A stretch of 63,239 bases of DNA, the filler included, from Basidiobolus ranarum (taxonomy: Eukaryota): NCBI GenBank assembly GCA_040143965.1. It is 37 parts of 37 records of this genome, joined end to end, with 100 filler letters (N's around TTAATTAATTAA, not from the genome) between each part and the next. Parts side by side here need not be neighbours in the genome. Positions count along the whole stretch, not along the records: positions 12,026 to 13,641 come from JASJQH010004704.1; positions 13,742 to 15,357 come from JASJQH010004705.1; positions 15,458 to 17,072 come from JASJQH010004706.1; positions 17,173 to 18,787 come from JASJQH010004707.1; positions 18,888 to 20,502 come from JASJQH010004708.1; positions 20,603 to 22,217 come from JASJQH010004709.1; positions 22,318 to 23,930 come from JASJQH010004710.1; positions 24,031 to 25,643 come from JASJQH010004711.1; 29 more parts are not named here. One strand, 5' to 3'. Below are positions 12,301 through 24,676 of the stretch, piece by piece. The notes under the pieces were generated by a model, which saw only the letters and a list, made by a program, of their open reading frames with translations, did no database searches and was not told the origin of the DNA. The translations under genes were made by a program, and so were the position numbers. Within the stretch, counting starts at the first letter, position 1. Each line of letters opens with the position of its first letter.

Positions 12301-12617
12301 TGTTGGATAATTAATCTTTATTCAACATCAAAGTTAGCTTTAGTTATGATACATATATCAGAAACAGAAAGCAATGTATCTATAGCCCCTATATTCTAAA
12401 CAGGAGTATCTCTATATCTATATAACAAGTATGTCTTATTACCCCCACTTATCTATTATATCTTATTACACAAACTCCTGAATATCTCCAACAATTGATT
12501 TACTTTTCTACTATATAAGTCACCATATACTCTTAAGAATAAGGTAACTAAATCACACTATCATAAGTTGCTTCTAATACCCAAAGTCTACCCCCACAAT
12601 GTCAAGATCCTCCAACA
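12301..12617. mobile_element. 317-bp LTR, family D (TGTTGGA...TCCAACA)
   Basis: Inverted termini; second full copy 53187-53503 in opposite orientation, partial copy 13497-13641. Confidence 0.8.
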
Positions 12618-12668
12618 TTAAACCTCTAAGTAAATTCCTCTTGAGAATAGTATGAGCTATGTTGTTGT

Positions 12669-13641
12669 TGTTAAAGTATTTGGGAGCCTGTTGGAAGTGA
12701 TTTGGAGAATTAGAGGAATTGGTGGTTTTCATATATTGATTTATTGAGTTTTCAGTTGACATTTATAGTTTTGTCAAGATGTAGTGAATTATAAGATAAC
12801 TAAGTACTATGCTATATATGACTATATTGGTGTTTGGGCAAAGCTAATTTCAGCAGTTGTAACATAGAATGCTTAAGTCATAAGCTATATATGACTATAT
12901 ATGTTTAGGCTATGTTATTTTCAACATTAAGCCAGCACTGTTTAGTCAAATATCACTTGATTCAAAATCAGAACACCTTTGGGGATATATGCACATTATC
13001 AAAGCATTAAGACAATTATACTTGAAATTTTACAAGTTGTCCAAATTAACCCCAAATTAGCTCACTTTTGTTGAAAATGACATAGCTTAAGCATCTATAT
13101 AGTCATAGAGCAAGCTATCTAAATTTCATCATGTTATTATTCAATATCTCAACTTGGAAATTGCTTTAAAACTCTTATTAACTTGGAAGTTGTCAGGTCA
13201 TATGATTTTCTCAAACTTTATACTCTACATGTTATTTTATTTACTTCTTGACAAAAGTATATGTCAACTTGTACTCAATATAGCAATAAGTGATAACCAC
13301 TGATTTTTCTAGCTTTCCAAATCATTTCCAACAACTTTACTCCCACATTTTTTTGAAAAAAGTTCCAGCCTTTGTTTTTAGTATCACCTTCATATGTATA
13401 AATCATCTCTCAAACTTGCAATAACTTCTTTTTGTAAAACTCCTGCAAATTGTGAATTCTCTCAATATATTATACATTTACCTTCAACATCATTAGTGTT
13501 GGATACTTAATCTTTATTCAACATCATAGCTAACTTTAGTTATGATACATATATCAGAAACAGAAAGCAACATATCTATAGCCCCTATATTCTAAATAGG
13601 AATATCTCTATATCTATATAACAAGTATGTCTTATTACCCC
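12669..13641. mobile_element. Cluster of nested or decayed Copia LTR fragments (families C, A-like, D)
   Basis: TGTTAAAGTATTTGGGAGCC at 12669 matches LTR-C; further TGTTG/CAACA ends; no coding signal. Confidence 0.7.
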
Positions 13642-13920
13642 NNNNNNNNNNNNNNNNNNNNNNNNNNNNNNNNNNNNNNNNNNNNTTAATTAATTAANNN
13701 NNNNNNNNNNNNNNNNNNNNNNNNNNNNNNNNNNNNNNNNNGAAGTGATTTGGAGAAGTTTTGAGAGAGTAGTGAAAGTAGGTAAAAGTTATCTAATTGA
13801 TACTTCTATCAATTAGAGCAATATATACACAATTTTCAATGACAGAATTGAGTGCTAAATAATTGGAATATAAATAAACTCACTACTAAATAATGAGTTG
13901 TGATTTACCTAATTTGAACA

Positions 13921-14520
13921 TTGCTGCCACAATGCTATATCCCTTTGGAAAGCCACAGCCATATTATTCTCTTGCTCTAAAATGGGAAAAACTATTATTA
14001 TACAGTTTTTGCCTCTCTGAGAGTATCCCTCCTCTTGACTTCCTTTTAGCAATCCCACATCTTAACATTCTGCATTCTTCTCCAACATGTACAAAATCAG
14101 CTACATATTTTCATATGTTTCAAATAGTGCATGCTTCCCTGCACAAAGCCTCAGAATCTGTTGTCCCAGTCACCATCAACATCTTTCATCACTCAAGCTA
14201 GATAAATTTCACTGACTGGAAGTTGGGAATGGAACCTTCTCTCACTTTTATCACCATTGCTAGTACATGGAAATCTCATTAAGCAATAGTGTTTGTAGAA
14301 ACAAAACAAGTTGACTAGCTGCTCTCTAGTGGGCATGGGAGTGTATAAGCCACAGTACTTCCCAAACATAGCTTCCAAGGTGGTGATAGGAAAGCTAGTA
14401 GTTGCTCTTGGATTAATGGGGAATGACCATTTAGAGTAGATGGAGAGCATGTGACTAGTTGGGAAGCAACTGGTATGATATGGATTGATCTGGTTTGCAA
14501 ATGAGACTGATCTTAGAATC
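13921..14520 (-). pseudogene. PIF/Harbinger-ISL2EU transposase, deleted copy (preceded by LTR-B remnant 13742-13920)
   Basis: Homologous to 37726-38593. Confidence 0.75.
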
Positions 14521-15457
14521 TCAAAATCATTGTAAAGTACTTGTTTGTGTATTGACTTTTCTAGTTATTTTGGTTTTGTTGGATTTCAAGAAAGTTATAT
14601 AATACACTATATCAACAAAGTTAATATTAGTTACATCCAAATCTATTTACTACAAATTCATATCTCAATGGTTCAATGATGAATACATTATGCTTAATCA
14701 CACTGTAGGAAATTAACTTTGACATCTCAACGAATAATATGAAAAGATCCCCAATACCAGTTAAAACTAATAATGTCCACCCTGGCAGCCTCAACTTGAG
14801 AAGCAAAAGATGTTCAAAATGGATATCTACCACTAATCAATGAGACTTTGCAGTACTGCTGATGAAAGTTGCAGAGTTCAAAACAATGTTTCAGGACACT
14901 ATGGCAAGAGTAATCAATGGAGGTGTAGAGAAAAGCAAGAAAATTTATTGAATTTACTGATATTCTGGAAGGCAAATTGGAGCAGTGCAGATCATTGCAT
15001 ATTCTGATTATTTAGCACTCAATTCTGCCCTTCAAATGTGTGTTTATTGATCTAAATGATATAAATGGTAATCAGATCACTTTTACCAATTTTCAGTATC
15101 TTATCAAAACTTATCCCAATCACCACAAATTGTCACCCATGCTTTGTAGGCATGCTGTTTAAGATCCAAGCACATCCCATAGTCTTAATTCACAGAAAGT
15201 ACAAATAGGACATATACAAATTGGTAAAAGTCAGATGTATAATACATAAATCTATATCAGGATGAAGACACACTTCCAAATGGTGCATGAAGACACAGAC
15301 CTGTGGGGATTTGCTGCAGGAGATGAAATTGAGCCAAAGGGACCACCAGAAGCTATCNNNNNNNNNNNNNNNNNNNNNNNNNNNNNNNNNNNNNNNNNNN
15401 NTTAATTAATTAANNNNNNNNNNNNNNNNNNNNNNNNNNNNNNNNNNNNNNNNNNNN

Positions 15458-16232
15458 CCACTTGATATCAACAGTACACCTCGACTACTAACCCGTGGCA
15501 AACCCAAACCACCTATAGTTCAAATCGACGATGATTATGGTACATTTGAGTTGAACATATCTGAGATTGACAACATTTATTAATTAGAATCTTTATTAAG
15601 CGCCAAGTCCGACTGCTCACAAAACACACAGTATGTTCGATGTATTTATTTAGTTGCCAAGTCCATCCCACAAACTAATTATTCTTAGAGCGCAGAGCAT
15701 CACGGACCAACTCGATTATTTCTACATCCAGTTCTCCTCGTCACCGTCCTACTACGCCTAAATGGAAAAAGTGATGTGCTAAGAGTAAACATGGAAAGAA
15801 ATCCATTACTTATTAACCAAGAGATTTTTTTAGACAAGTCCCAGAAGTTCGTCAGCCTGTAGAGGACACCGTTAAGGTGGAAGTTAAAGCTAGACCAGCT
15901 CCAGTTCCTGAGACCGAACACACCCCTATGGAAGAGGATGAGCCTCTCTATTGTATATGTCGACAGGTCAGTTTTTGGTATCTAATCAGTAGAATTCAAT
16001 CTTCTTTAACTTCTTTTCAGATATCCTATGGACAAATGATTGGTTGTGACAACGAGGTAAAGTTCATATGTATACTTGGCATTCAGGAATACTGGCTCGT
16101 ATATTCCATCCTATATTTTAGAATTGCCCTCACGAATGGTTCCACTATGAATGCGTGGGATTAACCACTCCGCCAAAGGGCTCCTGGTATTGTCCAGTCT
16201 GTACAGCCGCAATGAAGCAAAAAGTGAATTAA
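15458..16232 (+). CDS. ING-family PHD finger protein, 3' exons (5' end missing)
   Basis: Spliced [54 protein letters not shown] introns 15967-16020 and 16057-16121 plus probable upstream ones; TAA 16230-16232. Confidence 0.93.
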
Positions 16233-16522
16233 GATTCATCTCAATGTATCAGAAACAAAGTTAAAATAAACATGTATTTCTATCATTTTGACTATGTTTT
16301 GGATTATTTCGTTGATCATGTGACCTTTGTTTCGTTTCTTATTATTAATCGGATGGATGATTTATTCTTAATTCATTGCCAATATAACGGCTTAATAATC
16401 ACGAATCCAACGGAATTTATTACTGCAATGACATGATACTCAATTTCTCCGGTCCTTCCATTTCTCATAAAAACCCCAGCAAAGTTGAAAAACATATCAA
16501 CTCCGACAATAACATTCAAACA

Positions 16523-17040
16523 ATGGTCCACACCGGTTAGTCATGAAACAAGTCTCCGAAACGTCAAGTAGTACTAATGTTTAATACTCTTCGCAGAAAA
16601 ACCCCTTGTCATTTACAGCAACAGCGGTTGTCCCTATGCCCAAAGAGCTCTTATAGCACTCTACGAAACGGAAATCGAACATGAGCTGGTAGAAATCCCT
16701 TTACCCAACAAGCCAAGCTGGTACCTTGATATCAATCCCGAGGGAAAGGTCCCAGCCATCAAATATGGTGATGACATTGTAGTGGAATCTTTGATAATTG
16801 CTGAATTCATCACTGATTTATCTGATAAAGAGTAAGTTTTCAAGAATATAGTTGACCTTGGTTTACTTACTAACATAACTTAGGTTCTTATCAAAAGATC
16901 CACTTGAACGTGCTCAAGCTCGTTATGCCATCGAGTTTTGGGGTTCTAAAATCACTCCCTTAACCTACCGTATTTTAGTTAGCAGTAAAAGTGATGAAAT
17001 TGAAGGCTTGCAGAAGGAGTTAGTCGAGAACCTTAAGAAG
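16523..17040 (+). CDS. Glutathione S-transferase, omega-like, 5' exons (3' end missing)
   Basis: ATG 16523, intron to 16596, then GCPYAQRALIAL...KPSWYLDINPEGKVPAI...ESLIIAEFI|KDPLERAQAR; donor at 17041. Confidence 0.92.
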
Positions 17041-17397
17041 GTATTTGACGAGTATGTTACAATAATTAATTCNNNNNNNNNNNNNNNNNNNNNNNNNNNN
17101 NNNNNNNNNNNNNNNNTTAATTAATTAANNNNNNNNNNNNNNNNNNNNNNNNNNNNNNNNNNNNNNNNNNNNATGCGTATCCCATTCTACAGAACAAATA
17201 TGCTAACATATAATATATCCATGCTAGCTCAGCACTCTAATCCACTGCAGAAAGCAACAAAGTGTTGCTAGAATATTTTTCTTTTCGTTGCTGTCAATGA
17301 GTCACTAGGTTAATATTCGATTCAACCATAGCAGTCTCTACATTTGATAACATCTTATAAAGAGGGCATATTATTAACTTCTTTATAGAGTAAAGTA

Positions 17398-18650
17398 TGC
17401 TAAAGTATTTTGGGAGCTTGTTGGAAGTGGTTTGGAGAAATAAAGAAATTGGAGGTTCTCATTTATTGATTTATTGAGTAGAATGTTGACATTTATAGCT
17501 TTGTCAAGATGTAAGCAAACTAATGTGTATAATGTGTTAAGGAAGGTCCCAGAAGCATGTGTGCAGAGTTTGGGGCTTCTAGCACAAGTTTGAAAAATCT
17601 ATATATCTGAGAACTTCTAAGTAAATTCCAATTGAGAATAATGGGTAATATCTTAGTGAAATATAAGATAACTAAGTACTAAGCTATACATGACTATATA
17701 GGTGCTTAGGCAAGGCTAATTTTAATACTCTCTCTCAACTAAATAGTCATATAAACTAATCCTAAGGAAGGTCTGAATTTCTCAAATTTCTGTATAGGTA
17801 ATGGTTTGGTTGATATATCAACAATCATATCTTCTGTAGAACAATAAGTTAAGTCAATAAACTTATTCTCTATAGTCTCTCTATTAAAATGATGTCTAAT
17901 ATCTATATGTTGGCTTCTAGTATGAAATGTGAGATTTTGATCTAATTTGATGCAACTTTGAATATCTTGAAATATGGTAGTTGGTGAATTTTGAGAATAG
18001 CCTAAATCTGTTAAGAGTTTTCTTAACCATATTGCTTCTTTTGTTGCTTCATAGGGAGCCATGTATTCTGCTTCTGGTATTGAAAGTGCTATGGTAGGTT
18101 GTTTCTTTGAATTCCAAGAAATAGCTCCATAACAATCCATCTGGCTGGTCCATATCAATCTTCTCAGCAAGCCCACCATTTACAAAAGGAGTTTCAACAT
18201 CCATTTGATATATGATAAACTGATATTTAGCTGATATTGCTTAAATCAAATTTAATTGAATTACATTTTGCTACTGGAGCAAAAGTCTATATATAATCTA
18301 TTCCTGGGGCTTGGGGAATAGCCTTTGACTACTAGTGTAGCCTTATGCCTTTCTATGTTGCCTTCAGAGTTGTATTTAACTTTCAACACCCATTGGCAGC
18401 CAATTTCTTTTCTATCATCCGGTAAGTTGGTTAAAAAACAAGTTTGATTATCAATGAAAGCCTGGTACTCATCAGCCAGTGCAGATCTCCAAAATTCTGT
18501 GTGAGGGCCATTCAAGGCCTCTTTTACAGTCTGTGGTTTATGTTTTTGAGCTGTGCAGACACAGGCCAAATTTTGGGACTTGTTGATATAGTAATCAGGA
18601 CTATTTTGGATCCAATTTTAACTCCTGGTTTGGGATAAAGGTACCACAAC
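17398..18650 (-). mobile_element. Copia family C 3' end: deleted RT, RNase H, 3' LTR (17398-17727)
   Basis: IGCQWVLKVKYN...VKGY; ISWNSKKQPTIALS..EAEY; HIDIRHHF. Confidence 0.9.
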
Positions 18651-18715
18651 TTCTTGTTAAAGTTTTTGGGAACCTGTTGGAAGTGGTTTGGAGAATTACA
18701 GGAATTGGTGCTTTT

Positions 18716-18787
18716 TATTGAAATTATTTAGGGAGAAATATTGGTCTGGCCAGGATTTGAACCTGGGACCTCCTTCACTCTAGCAAG
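18716..18787. mobile_element. LTR-like terminus with embedded tRNA-like sequence (copy 1)
   Basis: Near-identical to 61426-61497; inserted in an LTR-C fragment. Confidence 0.75.
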
Positions 18788-18887
18788 NNNNNNNNNNNNN
18801 NNNNNNNNNNNNNNNNNNNNNNNNNNNNNNNTTAATTAATTAANNNNNNNNNNNNNNNNNNNNNNNNNNNNNNNNNNNNNNNNNNNN

Positions 18888-20177
18888 TACTGAAACCAAG
18901 GAGAACAAACTATTATATGATATTCTGGAATCAAGCAGCTATACAAGTAGTGAAACATTAGGCAGCACTGGAAATGCACCAATTTATACCAGAAAACCAG
19001 ATAATTACTCTAAGGATACTGACAATCTGGAACCAGCTTCTGGATAACAGCATATCATTTCTGCCAATGAAAAATATGGTAATGAGAAAAGGATATTTTG
19101 CCAGCCAATCAGGAAGCAGGAAATTGCACTAAGACACATGGTAATAATTTTCTGACTAATTGTATACTTAAGAAATATCTTACTCTCAATTTGGCTGATA
19201 TTGGATGCAATCAATTATTGGAAGTATGCAATAAATTACAACAACTATTTAATCAATCACAAAATTCAGGCAATCAGGTCTCAGAAATCCTATGAAGTAG
19301 AAATCAGAAACGTCCTGTAAGTGAAACATCTGACCATTGTACTGAGGACTTTGGATGTCTCAAATCAGAGTATAAAATCAACAGTTTCAATTCAGAAAAA
19401 GGGTGGAATATATCTACACATAGAGCATTTTCTGAACCAGAAAATATGACACAAGCTCTGAAATCTGATGAAGTGACAGAATGGAGAAAAGCCACTGACG
19501 ATGAACTTCACTCCCTAATCAAGAATAACATATGGATCCTTGTGGACTTATCTACTGGAAGAAAAACTATTGGTAATAGATGGGTGCTGAAGCTGAAACT
19601 TAACTCAGATTGATCTATCAACTGGTACAAAGCAAGATTAGTAGTTAAAGGCTATGCTCAGAAACATGGCGTTGGGTATGGTGGAACATTTTCTCTTGTT
19701 GCTAAATTTACCTCAATCAGAGTAATCCTAGCCTTTGCTACCCACCAAGGAATGGTGATTGAACAAATGAATGTCAAGATAGCATTTCTTGATAGAGAAA
19801 TTAATCAAGATATATACATGGATCAACCAGAGGAATATATTACCAAAGGAAAAGAACATCAAGTATGAAAACTACAGAGAAATCTGAATCATCTAAAACA
19901 GGCTCTTTACATATGGAATACCACAAACAGATCTTTGTGAAACATCTTTTCTATCATAGCAAAGCTGATCACTGCATATACTTCAAGACTATCAAAGCTA
20001 CTAAAGTGATAATTGCTCTCTATGTTGATGATAACTTAATAGTTGGTAATTGCTCAAATCTGATGAAAAAAATTGAGACCTGGCTATCTACCAAGTTTGA
20101 AACACAAGATCTTGGATCACTAGCATATTGTCTTGGTTTGCAGATACAGCAAAATTCCAATATTGGAACACTCTGTA
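18888..20177 (+). pseudogene. Copia pol fragment (IN-RT linker and RT)
   Basis: WVLKLK, YKARLVVKGY, ALYVDD; homologous to 43140-44440. Confidence 0.92.
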
Positions 20178-20245
20178 CCCTAACAAAAATAAAATTGATT
20201 TGAGCCTGATTGGATCCACCCTCCAAAATAGCAAAACCGGCAGAG
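20178..20245 (-). mobile_element. CMC terminus B remnant
   Basis: CCCTAACAAAAATAAAATTGATTTG matches 47268 and the reverse of 11474, 29654, 34883. Confidence 0.85.
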
Positions 20246-20340
20246 TGCCACAATAAGGAACTGGACAAGGACTGGAAACAATGACAAAGGGCTAGAAGGC
20301 AGGAGAGTACTTGGGTGTAGACCACAAGACAAGACAAGAC
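20246..20340 (-). mobile_element. Gypsy LTR end fragment
   Basis: Matches 62419-62515 and 42499-42595. Confidence 0.88.
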
Positions 20341-20392
20341 TGTTGAAATTATTTAGGGAGAAATATTGGTCTGGCCAGGAATTGAACCTGGG
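20341..20392. mobile_element. LTR-like terminus with tRNA-like 3' half (copy 2)
   Basis: Identical to 61426-61477. Confidence 0.75.
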
Positions 20393-20502
20393 GCAATGAC
20401 AGGAGATCTGGATTTAACAACAGTATTCTCATTAGCTCCACTAATGGAAGATAATAAATTAAGCTTAATCGCTATATTATTACTAATAGCTGCAATGGCT
20501 AA
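20393..20502 (+). pseudogene. nad5: Mitochondrial NADH dehydrogenase subunit 5 fragment (probable NUMT)
   Basis: TGDLDLTTVFSLAPLMEDNKLSLIAILLLIAAMA(K) resembles the fungal ND5 segment preceding KSAQ; TTA/ATA/GCT-rich mitochondrial-style codons. Confidence 0.8.
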
Positions 20503-20619
20503 NNNNNNNNNNNNNNNNNNNNNNNNNNNNNNNNNNNNNNNNNNNNTTAATTAATTAANNNNNNNNNNNNNNNNNNNNNNNNNNNNNNNNNNNNNNNNNN
20601 NNCCCAAAATAGTAAGTAT

Positions 20620-21560
20620 TATGTCTACACCAGCCCCCACAATGGAAGATATTATGTGAGCTCTTACTCAGCTTCAGCAAGAAAATCAAGGACTTTGTAC
20701 TTCTATTTCTCAAGTACAGAATCTAGCTCCACCCAACTATACTGCAATTCCAACTCCTGAACCCAAAATCTCCTTACCAAATAAGTTTGATGGCACTCAC
20801 CAAAACTATTGTGGTTTTATTAACCAAGTTAAGCTCATCATCCAGTTACATCCCCATTGCTACCCCTCAGACCAAACAAAAGTAGGCTTAGTGGGAACAC
20901 TATTATCAGGAACAGCTCTATCTTGGTTTGCTCCTTTGATGGAAAGTCAATCTCCACTTCTTTCAAACTTCCTTGCCTTTCTTGCTGAACTGGAGGCCAC
21001 ATTTGGAAATGCAGATAAAGAAAGAACTTTGGCCACCAAGCTCCATGCACTTAAACAAGGGTCAAAACCTGCATCAACTTATGCTGCAGAATTTTGCCTT
21101 CTTGCCTGTGATCTCAATTGGGGAGAATCTGCCCTCATCAACCAATTCCAATATGGACCCCAAGAAAATATTAAGGATCATTTACTCATTATGGCTGACC
21201 CAGTGACCTTGACTGATGCTGTCCACCAGGCAGTTAAATGTGACAACCAGTTGTTTGAAAGACAACAACAAAGAAATATGGTTCTTTTCTTCTCTCCTTC
21301 TTCATCTACTTGGAGACCTCCCTTCCATCAAACATAAAATACAGCTCAAGCTGATGACCCAATGCAAATTGATGGTACTTGCTTCAGAAAGCTTAGCCCT
21401 GAGGAGAAATATCAATGCCAACAAGAGAATTTATGACTCTATTGTGGAGCTCCTGGACATGTAGCAAGAACCTGTCCAAAGAAGAATCATGAATTTAAGA
21501 TCAACAATGTGCAAGTACCAGAGAACTCTTCATAACCTGGATGGAGAATTGCAAGCCAGT
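20620..21560 (+). pseudogene. Gypsy gag, decayed
   Basis: PKISLPNKFDG, LLSGTALSWF, DPMQIDG, zinc knuckle *LYCGAPGHVARTC. Confidence 0.92.
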
Positions 21561-21579
21561 AGCAAATTCCTTGGATCCA

Positions 21580-22217
21580 TGGGTGATACTGGTCAAAATT
21601 CTTATCAAAAATGATGAAAATCAGTCAAATATGGCTCAAAATATATCATTTGAAAGCCCTGGGTTCCCTTATCAGTCTATGGTAGGTTGTTTGATCTATG
21701 CTATGACTTGAACCTGGCCAGATATCTCTTTTGCAGTGAGAGTAGTCAGCCAACATGTACAAAACCCCTGGATTGGAGCATTCTGAAGCAGTTAAGCAAA
21801 TTTCAGATATTCAAAAGAGACGGTTGATCTGGGATTAAGATACACATATTCTTATGAGAATAAGGATCTAATTGTGCTTAGTGATGCAGATTGAGGATGT
21901 GATATTGAGGACGGAAGATCTATCACTGGATATACCTTTCACTATAGTGAAGCAGCCATATCTTGGAATAGCAAGAAACAACCCAACATGGCGCTTTCAA
22001 CAACTGAAGCAGAGTACATGGCAGCATCACATATAGCAAAGGAGGCTATGGGGCTCAGGAAACTGTTCAAAGACTTGGGCATTTTTCAAAGTTTACTTAC
22101 TATAATTTTCAAGGTCATTGAAGTTGTATTTATTTAGCTAAAAATCCCAAATTTCATGCTAGAAGTAAGCACATGGACATTCAACATCACTTTATTAGGG
22201 TAGCTATTGAGAATAAG
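21580..22217 (+). pseudogene. Copia family A RT/RNase H fragment
   Basis: Homologous to 7900-8492; ISWNSKKQ, STTEAEY. Confidence 0.9.
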
Positions 22218-22317
22218 NNNNNNNNNNNNNNNNNNNNNNNNNNNNNNNNNNNNNNNNNNNNTTAATTAATTAANNNNNNNNNNNNNNNNNNNNNNNNNNN
22301 NNNNNNNNNNNNNNNNN

Positions 22318-22712
22318 AATACTCCTGAAGCGTGGATGGCGACCAATATCCCATAGCTTCATGGTGACATTTCCTTTGGTCACTTTTCTCATATTGAAAC
22401 CGACTGTGGGTATCATATCTTCTGTGAATTGACCAGACTAATGAAATAAACAACAAGTGAGTAGAGTGTAACGGAGGAAGGTGTTGAAGAAGAAAAAGGA
22501 ACAATAGATGAGAGTGTTAAGACTGATGAAGGAGCAACTCGCTACAGGGGGCTGATTTTCAGTTCAGATGATAGGTATAAGTTACTTACTGCTATAACGT
22601 TGACCAAAGTAGTTTTCCCAGAGTTTTGTAGTCCGACTAAAGTCAGCTCCATTTCCTCTTTGAAGAAGAGACTTCGCAACCAGTCAAGCAAAGCTTTGAT
22701 GATGGAGGCCAT
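22318..22712 (-). CDS. ARL8: ADP-ribosylation factor-like GTPase ARL8, first two exons
   Basis: [82 protein letters not shown] intron 22589-22438. Confidence 0.95.
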
Positions 22713-23668
22713 GTGTATTGAGTTTGAGGATATTTAGTGTGTGCTACTTAAACGAAAAAGAAGCCCCGCCAAGACGTGGATAGAGTAGTTAGAGTGATGA
22801 AGTGTAATCACACGAATACCAAGTTGACGACGTTGTAATGAAAAAGGTCTATGAAAGGTCTGACTGTGGTGTAGCGAAAGAAAGAGTCAACAAATTCCAA
22901 GGATATTTTGTGTAAATGATAAAAATGAATAATAAGAGCAAACCTCAATGGGAAAGGAATTGATTAAACCAGTTTAGAGTAGGGCAAGATCATCAAAGAC
23001 TTCAACTTAACATGATTAATGAGTAACTTGGTGAATGAATTAACGCTGTACTCCTCTCTCCATGGAATTGATTGGCCAGATCTGACATTAGAATGATCCT
23101 ATTTGATACGCTTCAGAAATAATAAATAGTCAACGTAACTAATAAGCATCGACATAATTATTATGCGTGCATTTGTAGCTGCTCTGCCACCTTTCCTGTT
23201 ATTTCCCATGTAAGCTTTGTAAAACGTGAGCAGTTGAAGCTCAGCTACCATTAACCACAGCTGCTAAGTCGGTTAATAGATACAAGCGGGAAAAGAGCAA
23301 TAACTCGAGCAACGAATGTCTATGCCCTCATCTGTGGTGCAAACAAATGATGATGAAAGAGTGACGGAAGGATGACACAGGCAATATTGATTGGGATACA
23401 GTGCAGAATCTAGATGCTAGCTACTAGGATTTGTTTCCAAAAGCGAAATGGTTGTATACCAGATAGGAATTGGTATATACGTAGTTTATTCGTGTTCGTT
23501 TTACCGATGTATTAGCATAAGAGGAGAAGAATCGAAAAAATTACCTATGTGCACTCTAAAGAAACGATTTAAAATTGGAAGAAAATAGTAATAAAAGTAT
23601 ATGTAGTGACAAGCGAAGAAAGGATCAGAGGTTGAATAAAATAAGCCGCGATAAAGTCAAAACAAGGC

Positions 23669-23930
23669 TTATCTGCGGTCGGTCTTGCCCATTCCTCTTT
23701 TGCCAGCAAACAAGTGCTTGGGCATCTTGGTAAGAATATCACGATCAGCTTCACCACGCTTGGCAAGCAGATTGTTAGTACGCTGTGATTTCTTCTGGAT
23801 CTTGACTGCGTTAAGCTTCTGCTTGACGTTACGTAAGCCCATAGTACTTCTGTCACGGACCATGCTAGAGGAACGACCAGCAACACTTTGACTGGCATCA
23901 CGGGTGGAGCTTGTGGCACGAGATTCAGAT
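23669..23930 (-). CDS. NOG1: Nucleolar GTP-binding protein 1, C-terminus
   Basis: [30 protein letters not shown] is the conserved NOG1/GTPBP4 tail. Confidence 0.93.
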
Positions 23931-24057
23931 NNNNNNNNNNNNNNNNNNNNNNNNNNNNNNNNNNNNNNNNNNNNTTAATTAATTAANNNNNNNNNNNNNN
24001 NNNNNNNNNNNNNNNNNNNNNNNNNNNNNNTGGATTCTATCTAATGGAAGCCGCTGT

Positions 24058-24630
24058 TTAATATTTCTTATAATCATTGTTCCCGCCATGACCGCTGCCA
24101 TATTTCTTGCCATGTCCATCATAGTCATCTCCACCTCCACCTCCACCGCCGCCATACTTTTTGCCTCGTCCTCCTCCATGCTTGTAATCGTCTCCATCAC
24201 CATCACCATTACCGTCATAGTCATCATCATAATCATCGCCACCACCGCCACCATATTTCTTTCCTCTTCCCCCTCCATTACCATGACCATCATATTCATC
24301 ATCATCATAATCGTCGCCGTCGCCACCCCCGTATTTCTTTCCTCCTCCACGTCCATGTTTGTAGTCATCTCCATCACCATGACCATCATACTCATCATCA
24401 TCGTAGTCGTCTCCACCACCATACTTCTTTCCTTTTCCATGGCCTTTACCATCGTATTTATCGTAATCATCACCATCACCACCTCCTCCGTATTTTCTAG
24501 TTCTTCCGCCACCACCACCTCCGTATTCTACACCCTTATAGCTAGGGTCGTAAGAGCGTTCGAGCACACTAGCATTGATGGCTAGAACAGTGGAAAGAAC
24601 AATCAATAATTGTGTAGGAGAGTATTTCAT
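24058..24630 (-). CDS. Secreted Gly/Asp/Tyr/Lys-rich repeat protein (190 aa)
   Basis: Complete ORF; signal-peptide-like MKYSPTQLLIVLSTVLAINA; repeats KKYGGG..DDYDDDEYDGHG; upstream TATA box. Confidence 0.88.
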   Translation of the reverse strand: MKYSPTQLLIVLSTVLAINASVLERSYDPSYKGVEYGGGGGGRTRKYGGGGDGDDYDKYDGKGHGKGKKYGGGDDYDDDEYDGHGDGDDYKHGRGGGKKYGGGDGDDYDDDEYDGHGNGGGRGKKYGGGGGDDYDDDYDGNGDGDGDDYKHGGGRGKKYGGGGGGGGDDYDGHGKKYGSGHGGNNDYKKY

Positions 24631-24668
24631 TGTTGTGATGATTTGCTAAGGTATTGAAAATGGTACTC

Positions 24669-24676
24669 TATTTATA
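24669..24676 (-). promoter_or_regulatory. TATA box TATAAATA
   Basis: 38 nt upstream of ATG 24630; the same motif lies 48 nt upstream of the hydrolase ATG (58562-58569). Confidence 0.6.

Noticed and set aside
22318-22350. ARL8 G3 motif DIGRH instead of DIGGQ
   Set aside because: Within ~30 nt of a contig end with another odd residue; probable low-quality consensus, needs reads
23979-24585. Met/Val-rich 179-aa and Ile-rich 165-aa ORFs
   Set aside because: Alternative frames of the low-complexity Gly/Asp/Tyr gene
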